Source: Acidobacteriota bacterium
Lineage (GTDB): Bacteria; Acidobacteriota; UBA890; WLXD01
Length of the DNA: 64,000 nt
Assembly (NCBI GenBank): GCA_965248695.1
Contig: CBDFKD010000002.1
Location: 2,624,001 to 2,688,000 of the forward strand
Reading direction: 5' to 3'
The notes below the pieces were generated by a model. That model searched no databases and was not told the DNA's origin. It worked only from the letters and a program-made list of their open reading frames with translations. Positions 18,207 to 29,900 of this stretch are shown here, piece after piece. Position numbers and translations under genes: made by a program. Every line of letters begins with the position of its first letter. Position 1 is the stretch's first letter.

Positions 18207-20207
18207 TCAGGTCCGTTCGGCCCACGGGTACTGGAACTCCGGCCGAATGACGTCGGTCAGCAGCTCTCCGACAGCGCGGTGCGCCTGATCGAAGGCCGCT
18301 TGTGTCAGGCAGACCGCGGCTGCGTCGGAGTTGGCAACGGTGATGCGCCCGAACCGCTGGCGCCCCTTCACCCACGGCGCTTGATCGTACGACCACTCCG
18401 GATCGTAGAGATCGTTCGCTCCCCCGGCATAGCCATGCGGCCAGCGGTTGACGGTGATGGCGGCGATGTCCCGCGCCGAGTCGAAGCCCCCGTCCTCCAG
18501 CACTCGGCTCAACAGCTCTCTGATGTTGCGCTCGTATGTTTCGAACGGGGTCGTCTGCAGCTCCTCCCGGCCCGCCCGGAATTGATCCCGGGCCGTAAGC
18601 CCCGGTGCTATGGGTGAACGGATCAGGCGCAGGAACATCGGCTCGTCCGGCGTTCGGGCGCACTGGTAGTCCCCCAGGCTGACGCCCCAGTCCAGGTCGA
18701 TCGATTCGTAGTAGCTGCCGGGGCAGTGAACGCCCGACACACCGAGCTTGTGGAAAGCCTTCCAGTCGCGCACCACGACATTGCTGTAGACAAAGGGTCG
18801 CCTCACCGCCATGTGCAGTGCTTCTTTCTGCTCGTCAGGCAGCTCCGGGCAGAGATAAGGGATCATCGAGTTGTAACAGGCAAGCACGCAGGTCCCACCG
18901 CGCACACGGTAGGCCTTGTTGTCGCGAACATAGGTCACCTCTACTTCGCTTGCTCTTCGCTTGTCGCCTACGTGCCGCGCGCCCACGACGGCGCTGCTGA
19001 GGCGAATGCGTACATCACTTCCGGACTCGTCCAGCGCCGCGTAGCGAACCGGGGTGGCGACCGAGTCCTCCATGGTGTGCCCCGGCAACGCTTTCGGAAT
19101 CAGCCAGCGGACGATGAGTCGCGCAACGCCGGCGTTACCGTCGGGGAAGTGGATGCCCTCCAACGAGTTCTCCTCGTCACCCAGCCAGTTTCTGTCAGGC
19201 CGCTCGATCCCGAGACCGCCGAGTCCGGGAAACAAGCCGGAGCGCAGCGCTCCCCAGGCGCTGTAGGAATCGATACCGGCTGCACCGTTCGGGTCGCCGC
19301 GCCGGAGGAAATAGGGAATAACACCCGGGTCTACCTCCGCGACCTCGAGGAGATAGTCCTGGTAGCTGATCTCGCGCAGCCGCTCGATCTTCTCTTCCTT
19401 GGTCAACCCCGGAAGATAGTCGTGTGCGTCCTCGTGCAGCCTGACGATATCCTGTTGTACCCCTTCCGAAAGAGGGGTCTTGGCGAGGAACTCCGTCCAC
19501 GGCTGCATGCTGGCGTCAGCGCCGATGTAGCTGATCTCGCTGCTCGGCTCACCGACGGCGAGTCGATCGACGCCGAACGTCTCCTCGTCGAAGAAGACGC
19601 CCCGTTGCAGGCCCATCCTGCCGTAGAGGCCGCGATCGAAGTCCGGCAGCTGGCGGAAACGCTCGACGCTCAGCCCGATGTCGTCGAGCAACGCCTTGCC
19701 CTCTGGCGGGTAGGCCCCGGTGATATAGACCGCGCCGCCGTGACCGATCACCTGCCGGTCGCCGACCCTGAACTCGTTTCGCTTGGCGTGTCCCCCGAAG
19801 TCGTCGTGGTTGTCCAGAACCAGGACCTTCGACTCCGGCAAGGCCTTGCGAAAGTAGTACGCCGCCGCCAGCCCGCTGAGCCCGCCACCGACGACGATCA
19901 GATCGTAGAGCTCGCCGGTCTCCTCGGGTCGGTCCCAGGTCTTGCCGGTCCGCATCTCATGGGCGACCTCGTAGGAGCCCTCGTGGCTGCCACGCAGCCC
20001 GGTCAACCCCGGCGGGTAGTAGTCGGGCGAGCTCTGTGGCAGCGGCGCCGCCTGGGATCGGCTCTCGTCGACGGCCGCAGAAGCCGTTGCAGCGATTGGA
20101 GTAGCTTCGGACAACAACCCGCCGCCGATCGCCACGCTGGCACCGTTCAAGAAATCGCGCCGTGTAATGTCGCGATCCATCCCCAGCGCTCGATCCGTCT
20201 TCTTCAT
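18207..20207 (-). CDS. Tat-exported FAD-dependent oxidoreductase, spermidine-dehydrogenase-like
   Basis: ITRRDFLNG Tat motif; YYPP.LTGLRGSH; GGGLSG; LDNHDDFGGHAKRNEF; ITVNRWPHGY; ANSD. Confidence 0.87.
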   Translation of the reverse strand: MKKTDRALGMDRDITRRDFLNGASVAIGGGLLSEATPIAATASAAVDESRSQAAPLPQSSPDYYPPGLTGLRGSHEGSYEVAHEMRTGKTWDRPEETGELYDLIVVGGGLSGLAAAYYFRKALPESKVLVLDNHDDFGGHAKRNEFRVGDRQVIGHGGAVYITGAYPPEGKALLDDIGLSVERFRQLPDFDRGLYGRMGLQRGVFFDEETFGVDRLAVGEPSSEISYIGADASMQPWTEFLAKTPLSEGVQQDIVRLHEDAHDYLPGLTKEEKIERLREISYQDYLLEVAEVDPGVIPYFLRRGDPNGAAGIDSYSAWGALRSGLFPGLGGLGIERPDRNWLGDEENSLEGIHFPDGNAGVARLIVRWLIPKALPGHTMEDSVATPVRYAALDESGSDVRIRLSSAVVGARHVGDKRRASEVEVTYVRDNKAYRVRGGTCVLACYNSMIPYLCPELPDEQKEALHMAVRRPFVYSNVVVRDWKAFHKLGVSGVHCPGSYYESIDLDWGVSLGDYQCARTPDEPMFLRLIRSPIAPGLTARDQFRAGREELQTTPFETYERNIRELLSRVLEDGGFDSARDIAAITVNRWPHGYAGGANDLYDPEWSYDQAPWVKGRQRFGRITVANSDAAAVCLTQAAFDQAHRAVGELLTDVIRPEFQYPWAERT

Positions 20208-20219
20208 CGTGCCCCTCCC

Positions 20220-20861
20220 TCAGGAAACGGGTCGGCTGCTCGACTCACCGACTGCCGCTCGGCGGCTGTATTCGAGCGCACGTAGCACATAAGCAGGGTA
20301 GATCCCGGTGCCCATCGAGCCGGAGATCACGTAGCTGTTGCGACCGGAACCCTGCGCCACGAAGGCGATCTCGACTCGGCCGGTAACACTACTGAAGCCC
20401 TTCCCCTCGGCGTGAGCACCGAATGTCATGTATGTCCAGACGAGCCCGCTGCCGGCGCGGATGATGCGCTCGGCATCCGGCAACCCGAGCGTCAGCGCAA
20501 TGCGACCGCGGTCGGACCTCCAGCCGCGGAACCGCGTGTCCCGGTACCTTTTGTTGGCGTGGGCAACGCGTGCGTAGAAAGCGTCCCTAAACGGGTTCCC
20601 CGCAACCCGGAGATCGGCGTCACGCCGGTCCCAGAAACGGGTGATGAAGGCGGCGCGCTGGTCGGTGCTCCCGAGCTCCTTCCACTCATCGTTTTCCTCG
20701 TCGAGGATCAGATACTCCACCGGTCCATCCAGCCAGCTGTCGGGGTCGCCCTCGTATTGCTTCATCGCCTCGGCGGCGTCCGTTGGAAGCTGGCCGAGCG
20801 TCGCCGCCGGCGCCACCGTAGATAGCGCCAGGGTCAGCACGGTCGCGAATAGAACTCTCAT
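20220..20861 (-). CDS. secreted GWxTD-domain protein
   Basis: Signal peptide; FITRFWDRRD, R..HAN..Y and GWRSDRGRI...LG.PD. Confidence 0.85.
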   Translation of the reverse strand: MRVLFATVLTLALSTVAPAATLGQLPTDAAEAMKQYEGDPDSWLDGPVEYLILDEENDEWKELGSTDQRAAFITRFWDRRDADLRVAGNPFRDAFYARVAHANKRYRDTRFRGWRSDRGRIALTLGLPDAERIIRAGSGLVWTYMTFGAHAEGKGFSSVTGRVEIAFVAQGSGRNSYVISGSMGTGIYPAYVLRALEYSRRAAVGESSSRPVS

Positions 20862-21107
20862 GTCATCCTCCTGTCGTTGCGCCCGACAAATCGCAAGTGA
20901 ATGATAGGCGATCGGGACTGGGCCGAGGCAAGTGCGCGCCTCCAATACCCGTTCGGTCTGGATCGGCTACGCCATTCAGCTCGCCGGACGGCGTGTGTGG
21001 ACGGTGGTACCCTCGTGCCCCGCCAGTGGGCACGACCAGCCGTCGGAATGCGTGACGATTGGCGCGGCGATGAGACTCGGTGAAGCTGTGCTGCGGGAGG
21101 AGTAGAA

Positions 21108-23237
21108 ATGCGACCCACACCCAGTCGCCGAGTGACGTTCTCGGCAGGCCTGATGGCGGCCTTCGCCCTCCTTCCGCTTACGACAACATCCAGTGCCGCG
21201 CCGCCGGCGACCGGTGCCATCGCCCAGAGCTCGATCTCGCAGCCCACCTACGAGATGGCACTGCGGGAGACGTGGATCCCGATGCCTGACGGTGTGCGGC
21301 TGTCGGCCGACATTTCCATGCCCACCGGAGGCGAGGTCGGCGAGAGATTCCCGGTACTGCTGGAGTACCTCCCGTATCGCAAGAACGAGAGACGCGATCG
21401 GAACCACGCTCTGTACTCCTACTTCGTTCAACGCGGCTACGTCGTGGCCAGGGTCGACATTCGCGGCACCGGCAACAGCGAGGGCCGGACGATCCCCTAC
21501 GAGTACAGCGAGATCGAGCAGGAAGACGGCGACGTGGTGATCGACTGGCTCTCGAAACAGCCTTGTTCGAACGGCAACGTCGGGATGTTCGGCATCTCGT
21601 GGGGCGGCTTCAACGCCATCCATATGGCGATGCGCAACCCGCCGGCGCTCAAGGCAATCGTCAGCGTCGCCGCCACCGACGATCTGTACCAGGACGATGT
21701 GCACTACATCGACGGCATTCCGCGACTTGCCGAGTCGTGGCAGATGAGCCACGACCTCCAACAGGCTCGGCCAGGAGGGCCCGAGTACACCATCGACGAG
21801 GCCTACTTCCGCGACCGCTTCGACGTTGCTCCCTCAATGATGACGTACATCCACCACCAACGGCAGGACGCGTTCTGGGACCGCTCGACATTGTTCGGTC
21901 AGTACGACCGCATCCGTATACCGACGTTCGTGATCGGCGGCTGGTACGACGGTTATCGCGACACCGTGCCGCGCATGCTCGAAAACCTCGAGGCTCCGGT
22001 AAAGGGGATCATCGGACCTTGGTCACACTACTATCCGCACGTCGCGTACCCGTTGCCGCAGATCGAGTGGCGCCGAGAGGCGGTGCGCTGGTTCGACCAT
22101 TGGCTGCGCGACCGTGACACCGGGATCATGGACGAGCCCGCCTTCGCGGTGTACGTGCGCGACTGGCACCCGCCGGGTCCGGTGCTCGTCGAGGCGCCCG
22201 GCAAGTGGCGGTGGGAAGAGGGTTGGCCGATCGAGCGTTCCCGCGACTGGGTCCTGCATGCGCAGCCGAACCATACGTTGGACGAGTCGGTACCGACCGG
22301 CGCGGTGCACCAGATGCGTTACGCACCGAGCGCCGGAATCGAGGCGGGCGGACCGACGATGTACTGGAGCGATGTGGCGCCCGATCAGAAGCCGACCGAT
22401 GCCCACAGCCTGGTGTACGACACGGCACCGTTGGACGAAGACATCGAGATCCTCGGGCTGCCACACGCCTTCCTGAGCGTCTCCGCGTCGGCACGACGAG
22501 CCAATTGGTTCGCGCGCCTCAACGACGTGGCGCCTGACGGCACCGTGACGCTAGTGGCGGGGGCCGGATTCAACGGCACGCATCGGAACTCGTCGCGAGA
22601 TCCGCAGGACGTAGTTCCCGGGGAGGTGTTTCCGCTCGACATCGAGATGCACTTCACTTCGTGGGTGTTTCCCAAAGGGCACCGGATCCGGCTGTCGGTG
22701 AGCAACTCGCAGTGGCCGATGGCCTGGCCAAGCCGCGACACCATGACCACAACGCTCGCAATCGGCGGCGATAGCCCGGCTCGGGTCGTGCTTCCGCTGA
22801 TTCCGTACGAGAACCGGCCGGTGCCACCGTTCGTAGCTCCGGAGCCGGACCCCGTGTACCCGGGCTTCCGCAAGCTCGACACCGGCAACGCGTCCGGCTA
22901 CGGCGAGATCGGTCGCATCGTGTACGACACGGCGACTCACACCACTCGCGTCGAGGCCAGGAACTCCGGCGGCACCGAGTACCCGTGGGGCACCTATCGG
23001 TATCTGGAACAGATCGCCCACGAGGTCAGCGACGACAGCCCCGAGGTGAGCTCGATGACCGGCGATCACACGATCGAGCTCGAGATCGGCGACAACACCT
23101 TGATCTGGGAAGCTGAGCTTTCGTTCCGCAGTGACTACGACAACTTCTACTACAACTACACACGAAGACTGCTGCGTGACGGCGTGCTCATCCGCCAGCG
23201 CAGCTGGGAAGACACCGTCGAGCGGGACTACCAGTAG
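21108..23237 (+). CDS. secreted CocE/NonD family hydrolase
   Basis: MPDGVRL, YLPYRK, DIRGTGNSEG, GISWGG nucleophile elbow, GPWSH. Confidence 0.92.
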   Translation: MRPTPSRRVTFSAGLMAAFALLPLTTTSSAAPPATGAIAQSSISQPTYEMALRETWIPMPDGVRLSADISMPTGGEVGERFPVLLEYLPYRKNERRDRNHALYSYFVQRGYVVARVDIRGTGNSEGRTIPYEYSEIEQEDGDVVIDWLSKQPCSNGNVGMFGISWGGFNAIHMAMRNPPALKAIVSVAATDDLYQDDVHYIDGIPRLAESWQMSHDLQQARPGGPEYTIDEAYFRDRFDVAPSMMTYIHHQRQDAFWDRSTLFGQYDRIRIPTFVIGGWYDGYRDTVPRMLENLEAPVKGIIGPWSHYYPHVAYPLPQIEWRREAVRWFDHWLRDRDTGIMDEPAFAVYVRDWHPPGPVLVEAPGKWRWEEGWPIERSRDWVLHAQPNHTLDESVPTGAVHQMRYAPSAGIEAGGPTMYWSDVAPDQKPTDAHSLVYDTAPLDEDIEILGLPHAFLSVSASARRANWFARLNDVAPDGTVTLVAGAGFNGTHRNSSRDPQDVVPGEVFPLDIEMHFTSWVFPKGHRIRLSVSNSQWPMAWPSRDTMTTTLAIGGDSPARVVLPLIPYENRPVPPFVAPEPDPVYPGFRKLDTGNASGYGEIGRIVYDTATHTTRVEARNSGGTEYPWGTYRYLEQIAHEVSDDSPEVSSMTGDHTIELEIGDNTLIWEAELSFRSDYDNFYYNYTRRLLRDGVLIRQRSWEDTVERDYQ

Positions 23238-23318
23238 GGGACTTGGCGCAGCAGTCGCCGCTGCGTCGAGCCCGACAACCAGTGGGCTGTAACAGATGAA
23301 CAGCGTGAGAGACCCGAG

Positions 23319-25751
23319 ATGAAGGACACCGCTCAGGTCGTCGTGATCGGCGGGGGCGTGGTCGGATGCAGCGTGCTGTATCACCTCACCAAGGCGGGGT
23401 GGACCGATGTCGTCCTGCTGGAACGGCGGGAGCTGACCTCTGGGTCGACCTGGCACGCTGCTGGCGCGTTCCACACTCTGAACGGCGACCCCAACGTCGC
23501 CCGCCTGCAGAAGTACACCATCGAGCTGTATCGCGAGATCGAGGAGGCATCGGGCCAGGACTGCGGTCTGCATCTCACCGGTGGGGTGATGCTGGCCGAC
23601 AACCAGGAGCGACTCGACTGGTTGAAGATGGTCCTCGGGCGCGGCCGATACCTGGGAATGGAGGCCGAGTTCATCTCGATGGCCGAGGCCGAGAGCTTGT
23701 TCCCCATGATGGACCCGTCGCACTTCGTCGGCGCGGTCTACGATCCGCTCGAAGGCCACATCGACACCGTGGGCGTGCCCAAGGCCTACGCGGGGGCCGC
23801 GAAGAAGGCCGGGGCCGAAGTCCATCTCCATACGATGGTCACCGAGCTGGTGCAGCGCCCGGACTCGACCTGGGACGTCGTCACCGAGGCCGGAAACATC
23901 CATGCCGAACACGTCGTCAACGCCGCCGGTCTGTGGGCGCGCGAGCTCGGACGCATGGTGGATCTCGAGCTGCCGGTGCTGGCCATGGAGCATCAATACC
24001 TGGTGACCGATGCTCTGCCCGAGGTGGTGGAGTACAACGCCGCCAACGACGGCCGCGAGCTTGTCGGAGCGCTCGACTTCGGCGGCGAGCTGTACCTGCG
24101 CCAGGAAGGCGAGGGCATGCTGATCGGCACCTACGAGCGCGGCGGCAAGCCCTGGGCGCCGCACGATACGCCCTGGGACTTCGATACCGAGTTGTTGCCG
24201 CCCGATCTGAATCGGATCACCGACTCGCTCAACGTCGGTTTCGCGCACTTTCCGGCCTTCAAGGACGCGCCGATCAAGCAGATCGTCAACGGCCCGTTCA
24301 CCTTCACGCCCGACGGCAACCCACTCGTCGGACCGGTGCGCGATCTGCCCAACTACTGGTTGGCGTGCGGGGTGATGGCCGGATTCAGCCAGGGCGGCGG
24401 CGTCGGCCTGACGCTGGCCAGCTGGATGATCGAAGGCGACCCCGGCACCGACGTCTGGGGTATGGATGCGGCCCGTTTTGGCAGCTGGGCCACAGCCGGC
24501 TACACCGACGCCAAGGTGCGCGAGTTCTACTCGCGCCGATTCAAGATCGCATTCCCCAACGAGGAGCTGCCGGCCGGCCGGCCGCTGCAGACCACGGCCA
24601 TCTACGACGAGCAGACCGCGGCAAATGCCGTTTGGGGTGCGTCCTTCGGGCTCGAGTACCCGCTCTGGTTCCAGCGTCCTGGCCAAGACCCGGTGGAAGA
24701 GATCACCTTCAAACGCTCGAACGCCTTCGACGTCGTCGGCGAGGAGAGTCGAGCGGTTCGCGAGCAGGTGGGCCTTACCGAGATTTCCAACTTCGCCAAG
24801 TACGAGGTCGCCGGCCCCGGCGCGGCAGATTGGCTGTCAGGCCTGCTCACCAATCGAATCCCCGCGCCCGGTCGCCTGGTGCTCAGCCCGATGCTGAACG
24901 AGCGAGGAAAGCTGATCGGCGACTTCACCCTCGCAGCCCTCGATGACGACACCTACTACGTGTTCGGGTCGGGGGTCGCCGAGCAGTACCACATGCGGTG
25001 GTTCGGCCAGCACCTGCCCGACGACGGCAGCGTCCAGCTCCGAGCCGAGGGGCTCGGGCTCGTCGGGCTATCGATCGCCGGCCCGGCATCGCGGGCCGTG
25101 TTGCAGGCCGTCACGTCGACCGACGTGTCGGCCGAGGCCTTCGCGTTCCTCGACTTCCGGCGCATGGAAGTCGCCATGATCCCGGCCATGGTCGGCCGCA
25201 TCACCTACAGCGGCGACCTGGGCTACGAGATCTGGGTCGGGCCGGAGTACCTGCGCCGGCTGTTCCACACTCTCCGGCAGGCCGGTCAGCCGCACGGTCT
25301 ACGGCTGTTCGGCCTTCGTGCCCTGGATTCGTTGCGCCTCGACAAGGGGTTCGGCTCCTGGGGCCGGGAGTTCCGCCCGATCTACGGACCCGACGAGGCC
25401 GGCCTGGGGCTGTTCGTGAAACCCGAGAAGGGAGACTTCGTCGGACGCGACGCGGCGGTCGCCGAGCGCGACGCCGGCCCGGCACGTCGGCTGGTCACCT
25501 TCACGGTCGACGCCGTCGACGCCGACGTGCTCGGTGACGAACCGATCTGGCACGACGACGAGCTCGTCGGCTGGGTCACCTCCGGCGGCTACGCTCACTG
25601 GTCGCAGCAATCAGTCGCCCTTGGCTACGTACCGTCCGGGCTGGCCGAGGCCGGCAACAGCTTCGAGGTCGAGATCCTCGGCGTTCGCCGGAACGCCAAG
25701 CTCCTCGAGGAGCCTCTATTCGACCCGGCCGGCGCCCGCATGCGGGACTGA
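23319..25751 (+). CDS. GcvT-family flavoprotein (dimethylglycine/sarcosine dehydrogenase-like)
   Basis: GGGVVG; LTSGSTWHAAG (covalent FAD His); FTPDGNP; GDLGYE; SLRLDKG; C-terminal GcvT domain. Confidence 0.92.
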   Translation: MKDTAQVVVIGGGVVGCSVLYHLTKAGWTDVVLLERRELTSGSTWHAAGAFHTLNGDPNVARLQKYTIELYREIEEASGQDCGLHLTGGVMLADNQERLDWLKMVLGRGRYLGMEAEFISMAEAESLFPMMDPSHFVGAVYDPLEGHIDTVGVPKAYAGAAKKAGAEVHLHTMVTELVQRPDSTWDVVTEAGNIHAEHVVNAAGLWARELGRMVDLELPVLAMEHQYLVTDALPEVVEYNAANDGRELVGALDFGGELYLRQEGEGMLIGTYERGGKPWAPHDTPWDFDTELLPPDLNRITDSLNVGFAHFPAFKDAPIKQIVNGPFTFTPDGNPLVGPVRDLPNYWLACGVMAGFSQGGGVGLTLASWMIEGDPGTDVWGMDAARFGSWATAGYTDAKVREFYSRRFKIAFPNEELPAGRPLQTTAIYDEQTAANAVWGASFGLEYPLWFQRPGQDPVEEITFKRSNAFDVVGEESRAVREQVGLTEISNFAKYEVAGPGAADWLSGLLTNRIPAPGRLVLSPMLNERGKLIGDFTLAALDDDTYYVFGSGVAEQYHMRWFGQHLPDDGSVQLRAEGLGLVGLSIAGPASRAVLQAVTSTDVSAEAFAFLDFRRMEVAMIPAMVGRITYSGDLGYEIWVGPEYLRRLFHTLRQAGQPHGLRLFGLRALDSLRLDKGFGSWGREFRPIYGPDEAGLGLFVKPEKGDFVGRDAAVAERDAGPARRLVTFTVDAVDADVLGDEPIWHDDELVGWVTSGGYAHWSQQSVALGYVPSGLAEAGNSFEVEILGVRRNAKLLEEPLFDPAGARMRD

Positions 25752-25813
25752 GCTCCGATCCCCGACCGGTATCTCAAGACGCAATCTGGCGCGGACGGAC
25801 CGCTCTCGGGCCG

Positions 25814-26941
25814 CTACTGCAGGAGAAGTGGCTGGCCGACGAGCTTGCTCGGATCGGCGCCCGGCTTGGGCACGAACTTGGCCACCGACTCGCCGTCGAA
25901 GTTGGCGACGTAGACGTTGCCCTCCTGGTCCACGTCCATCTGGTGCGGACGCATCAAGCCACCGGGAAAGCCGCCCGACGTACCTCCGTACGTGCCCCAG
26001 TGATACAGGAGATGGCCGTCCCGGTCGTACTTGATGATCCGGTTGAGGACACGTTCGACCACCCAGACGCTGTTGTTCTCATCGATGAAGACGCCGGCCG
26101 GGCTGACGATGTCCGGCCACTCCTCGATGAACTCGCCGTCCTCCGTGAAGACCTGGAGGCGACTGTTGGCCCGGTCGACGACGTAGACGCGGCGATCCTT
26201 GTCGATCGCCAGGCCGTGGACGGTGTTGAACTGACCAGGACCGGTGCCGTTCTCCCCCCATTCCATGAGGTACTCGCCCCGTTCGTTGTACCGGACGACG
26301 CGGGAGTTCCAGTAGCCGTCCCCGAGCAGGAAGTCGCCGTTGGGGAAAAAGGCCAGCACCGCCGGCTGCCCGTAGTTGTAGGGACCGGGGTTCTTGTTCG
26401 CCCGCGCCTCTTCCTGGGTCTGGGGGATCGGTGAGTCGCCGATCCGCAGCACCAGCTCCTTCCCGTCGTTGGTGAACTTGAGGACCTGCATGAAGGGTCC
26501 CCCACCGCCGCGCTCGACGACCCAGACGTGGCGCTCCGGATCGTAGGGATTCACGTAGATCTGGTGCGGCCAGTTGAGGATCTCGTCCCACTGCGTCCAG
26601 ACCTCGGTGATGTGGCCGTTACGATCGGCGACCACGATGGCGTTCGAGCGCGGCAGCCTCACCTCCCCGGCGTCGTTCATGTCTCCCCACGTCACCGCGA
26701 AGATCCGGTCCGGGTTGTCGGCCGCGACTCCCGACACCTGCCCCCAGTGCCAGGTGTCGTCATGGTTTGGCGCCGGCTTCCACCAATCCGCGACGCCTTC
26801 GTACTCTCCGCTCCGGTCGTCGCCACCCTTCGCCAATGTTGGTCCCGCCGGCGCAGCCTGCTCCTGATCGGCGCAGGCTGGCAGCACCGCCAACCCAGCG
26901 GCGAGGACTAGGGCGATTCCGAAGCGCTCAGATCTCATCAT
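25814..26941 (-). CDS. NHL-repeat lipoprotein (peptidyl-alpha-hydroxyglycine lyase-like propeller)
   Basis: Lipobox LPAC; DGYWNSRVV; G.GPGQFNTVHGLAID...VYVVDRANSRLQVF. The start may be 26983. Confidence 0.83.
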   Translation of the reverse strand: MMRSERFGIALVLAAGLAVLPACADQEQAAPAGPTLAKGGDDRSGEYEGVADWWKPAPNHDDTWHWGQVSGVAADNPDRIFAVTWGDMNDAGEVRLPRSNAIVVADRNGHITEVWTQWDEILNWPHQIYVNPYDPERHVWVVERGGGGPFMQVLKFTNDGKELVLRIGDSPIPQTQEEARANKNPGPYNYGQPAVLAFFPNGDFLLGDGYWNSRVVRYNERGEYLMEWGENGTGPGQFNTVHGLAIDKDRRVYVVDRANSRLQVFTEDGEFIEEWPDIVSPAGVFIDENNSVWVVERVLNRIIKYDRDGHLLYHWGTYGGTSGGFPGGLMRPHQMDVDQEGNVYVANFDGESVAKFVPKPGADPSKLVGQPLLLQ

Positions 26942-26992
26942 TATCTTCCCTCCCGAAAAGGCTTCCATCGCGACGCTCTTCATACGCACTCC

Positions 26993-29900
26993 TTATCTGG
27001 CGCTCGCCTGCTCGGCCGTCATCAGGTAGGCCACCAGATCGCTCACCTCGCGATCCGTGAAGGGATCGAGCAAGCCCTCCGGCATCATGGAACGGGGAAA
27101 TACGTCACGCGACTGGATGTCGGACTGGCTGATGACCACGGCACCCTCGCCGACCACACGCAAGGTGAGCGCTCGTTCGCTCTCGGCGGCCACAGTCCCG
27201 GAATACGTACGGCCGTCTCTCGTCGTCACCATGACGGTCTTGTAGTCGTCCTGAATATCGCCGCTGGGGTCGATGATGTTGGTGAGCAGATAGTCGAGCT
27301 CGGTGCGGTTCGAGCCGGTGAGCTCCGGGCCGATGAGGCCTCCCTCACCGTACATCTGGTGGCAGGCTGCGCACAGGGTCTCGAACGTCGCCCTCCCCCG
27401 GCTGGCGTCGGCGGCGGCGACGGCCTCGTCGTCGAGAAGCGTCGCGTACCTGGCCATGGCCGCAGTCTTCTCGCTGGACGCCCGAGTGATCGGGCCCCAG
27501 ACCTCGAGAAAGCCGCTGCCGACAACGCGGTGAAGCTGCCGGGCAGCGTACGCCGGGACATCGCGCTTCGGGATGGTCTCGTTTTCAAGCGCGTCCATGA
27601 GCCGCCGGCCGTAGCTACTACGCGATGACAGCGTCTGCACGGCAGCGAGCTTCTCGGCGGCGTCGAAGGTGTCGTAGCGCTTCATCAGCACGCTACCCAG
27701 ATTCCGATCGTCGAAGGCGGCAACCGCTCTGATCGCGGCGATGCGCAGCTCCGGCTCGTCCAGCAGGCGAGGAATCTCGGCGACAAGCTCTTGTCGTCGC
27801 TGTCCGGCGAGGCCGTTGAGCGCGGCTCGCCGGGCATCGGCCCCGGCGTCGTTGTCTTTCAGAGTCGTCATGAACCGCTGAGCCGCTTCGATACCGCCGA
27901 ACTGCTGCGACACATCCAGCGCGAGGTCGGCTGCCTCGCGATCCTCCCGGAGCGCCGCGTAGACCGCTTCCCAGTTGGCCGGCGCGGCGACGTCGAACTG
28001 GCCTTCGAGGCCCGCTCGCATCCCCTTCAGCAGGCCCGGCCGTGCATCCGATCGGTTCTCCAGAGACGTCACGAGCGTCTCCAGCTCGCCTGCATCTACG
28101 GCCCGGCGGGCGATGTTCTCAACCAGCATGGGGATCTCGCTGCGCTTTGCGAGCTCGAGCGCCCGAGCGGGATTCGAGGCCACCAGCGGCTCGATGGCGA
28201 ACCAGATCATCTTCGGAATGTTGTGATCGTCGGCGTCTTCGCCATGCGCCATCAAGGGCGCGGCGATCTGCCACCGGTCGGTCTGCTCCAGCCGTTGCAG
28301 AGCTGCAGCCAGATACAGCCGCACGACCGGCGAGTCATCGCGCTCTGCCATGCGAGCGAACGTTGCGACCGCAGCGGCCGGCGGCGAGTAGTCCTCGCTG
28401 AGCATCTGGATTGCCCAGGCGCGAATGTGTGGATCCGCATCGCCGAGCGCGCTCGTTAGCTCGTCAGCCGTGGACCCGCCGGTGATGTGAAGCGCCCACA
28501 TGGCTCGTAGGCGCAGATCCGGGTCCGGATTCGACGCGAAGATCGCCCCCAGTCGATCGTGCACTGACGCGTCCAGCTCACCTTTCGCGGCGCGGCCCTG
28601 CAGGATGACGCGCGCCCGGCGCGCATGCCAGGCGCTCTTGGAGAGTTGAAGCTCCACCAGCTCCGAGCTGGCCATGGTCTTGAGGTCGCTGTAGCGGCCC
28701 GGCCAATCCTCCGCGAGCGAATTGGTCGGCGTCACCCGGAAGATCCGCCCGGTGTCCTTGTGGAGCACGGAGTTTCCGCAGATATCGCCGTCGTGCCAAT
28801 CCAGCACGTATACATCGCCGGCCGGTCCGATCTCCATGCTGAAACCGATCCACTGAGCGTTGTTGGCGAGCAGAAACTCGTCGCCGTGTTGGGCCACGAA
28901 GCTCGAGCCTCTGGGCTCGAGCAAGTCGGTGAGCACCGCATGCTCGTGGATGTTCGCCATGAAGAGGCGGCCGTGATGTTCCTCCGGGAAGGCATCGGAG
29001 AGATAGACCCGAGCTCCCCCATGTGCGGACCGATGCCGATGGTCGACGATGGTGCGGATATCACCGTAGACATATGGGTTGAAGTGCTGGCCGCCCTGGC
29101 GGTGATAGATGCCGCCGGGAACCACGTGAAAAGCATGCGGGATGACGCAGGCGCTGATGAACAGCTGACCCTTGGCGTCGTAGTCGATCCCCCACGGGTT
29201 GCTGAACCCGTGCCCCACGACCTCGAAACGCCGCTTGGTCGGGTGGTACCTCCACACGCCGCCGTTGATGTCGACGCCGTCGGCCTCCAGCAGATCCTCG
29301 GGAAACGGCTCCTTGTGACCGTAGAGACGCCCGTCCCCGTTCGGCTTTCTGATCTTCGAGGGAGTCGCGAAGCCCTCGAGGCCGTAGAGCCAGCCATCCG
29401 GCCCCCAGTGAAAGCTGTTGATCGTCTCGTGGCGATCGCGAATGCCCCAACCCGTGAGCAGGACCTCCAGGTCGTCCATCTCGGCACGATCGTCGCCGTC
29501 ACGGTCCGGCAGGAACAGCAGGTTCGGGGGAGCACCGACGAAGACTCCGTCGAACCCCACAGCCAGAGCCGACGGGAAGGCGATGCCTTCCGCAAAGACC
29601 TTCCTGCTGTCGGCCGTACCGTCGCGGTCGGTGTCCTCCAGAATCAGGATGCGGCTATCGCCCGAATTCGAAAAGCCGGTGGCACGGGTTTCGTAGTCGC
29701 GGTTCTCGGCGATCCACATGCGACCGCGATCGTCCCAGGCGAAGGCCATCGGCTGGGTGATCATGGGCTCCGAAGCCCAGGCATTGACCTGGAATCCATC
29801 CAGCAACGTCATGCTCTCCGCGGCTTCGGTGGCCGTCAGGAACTTCTCCTTCAGCCCTTCCTCCTGCGCCAGGTCCCACAACGCCGCCGTGTAGTAGGAG

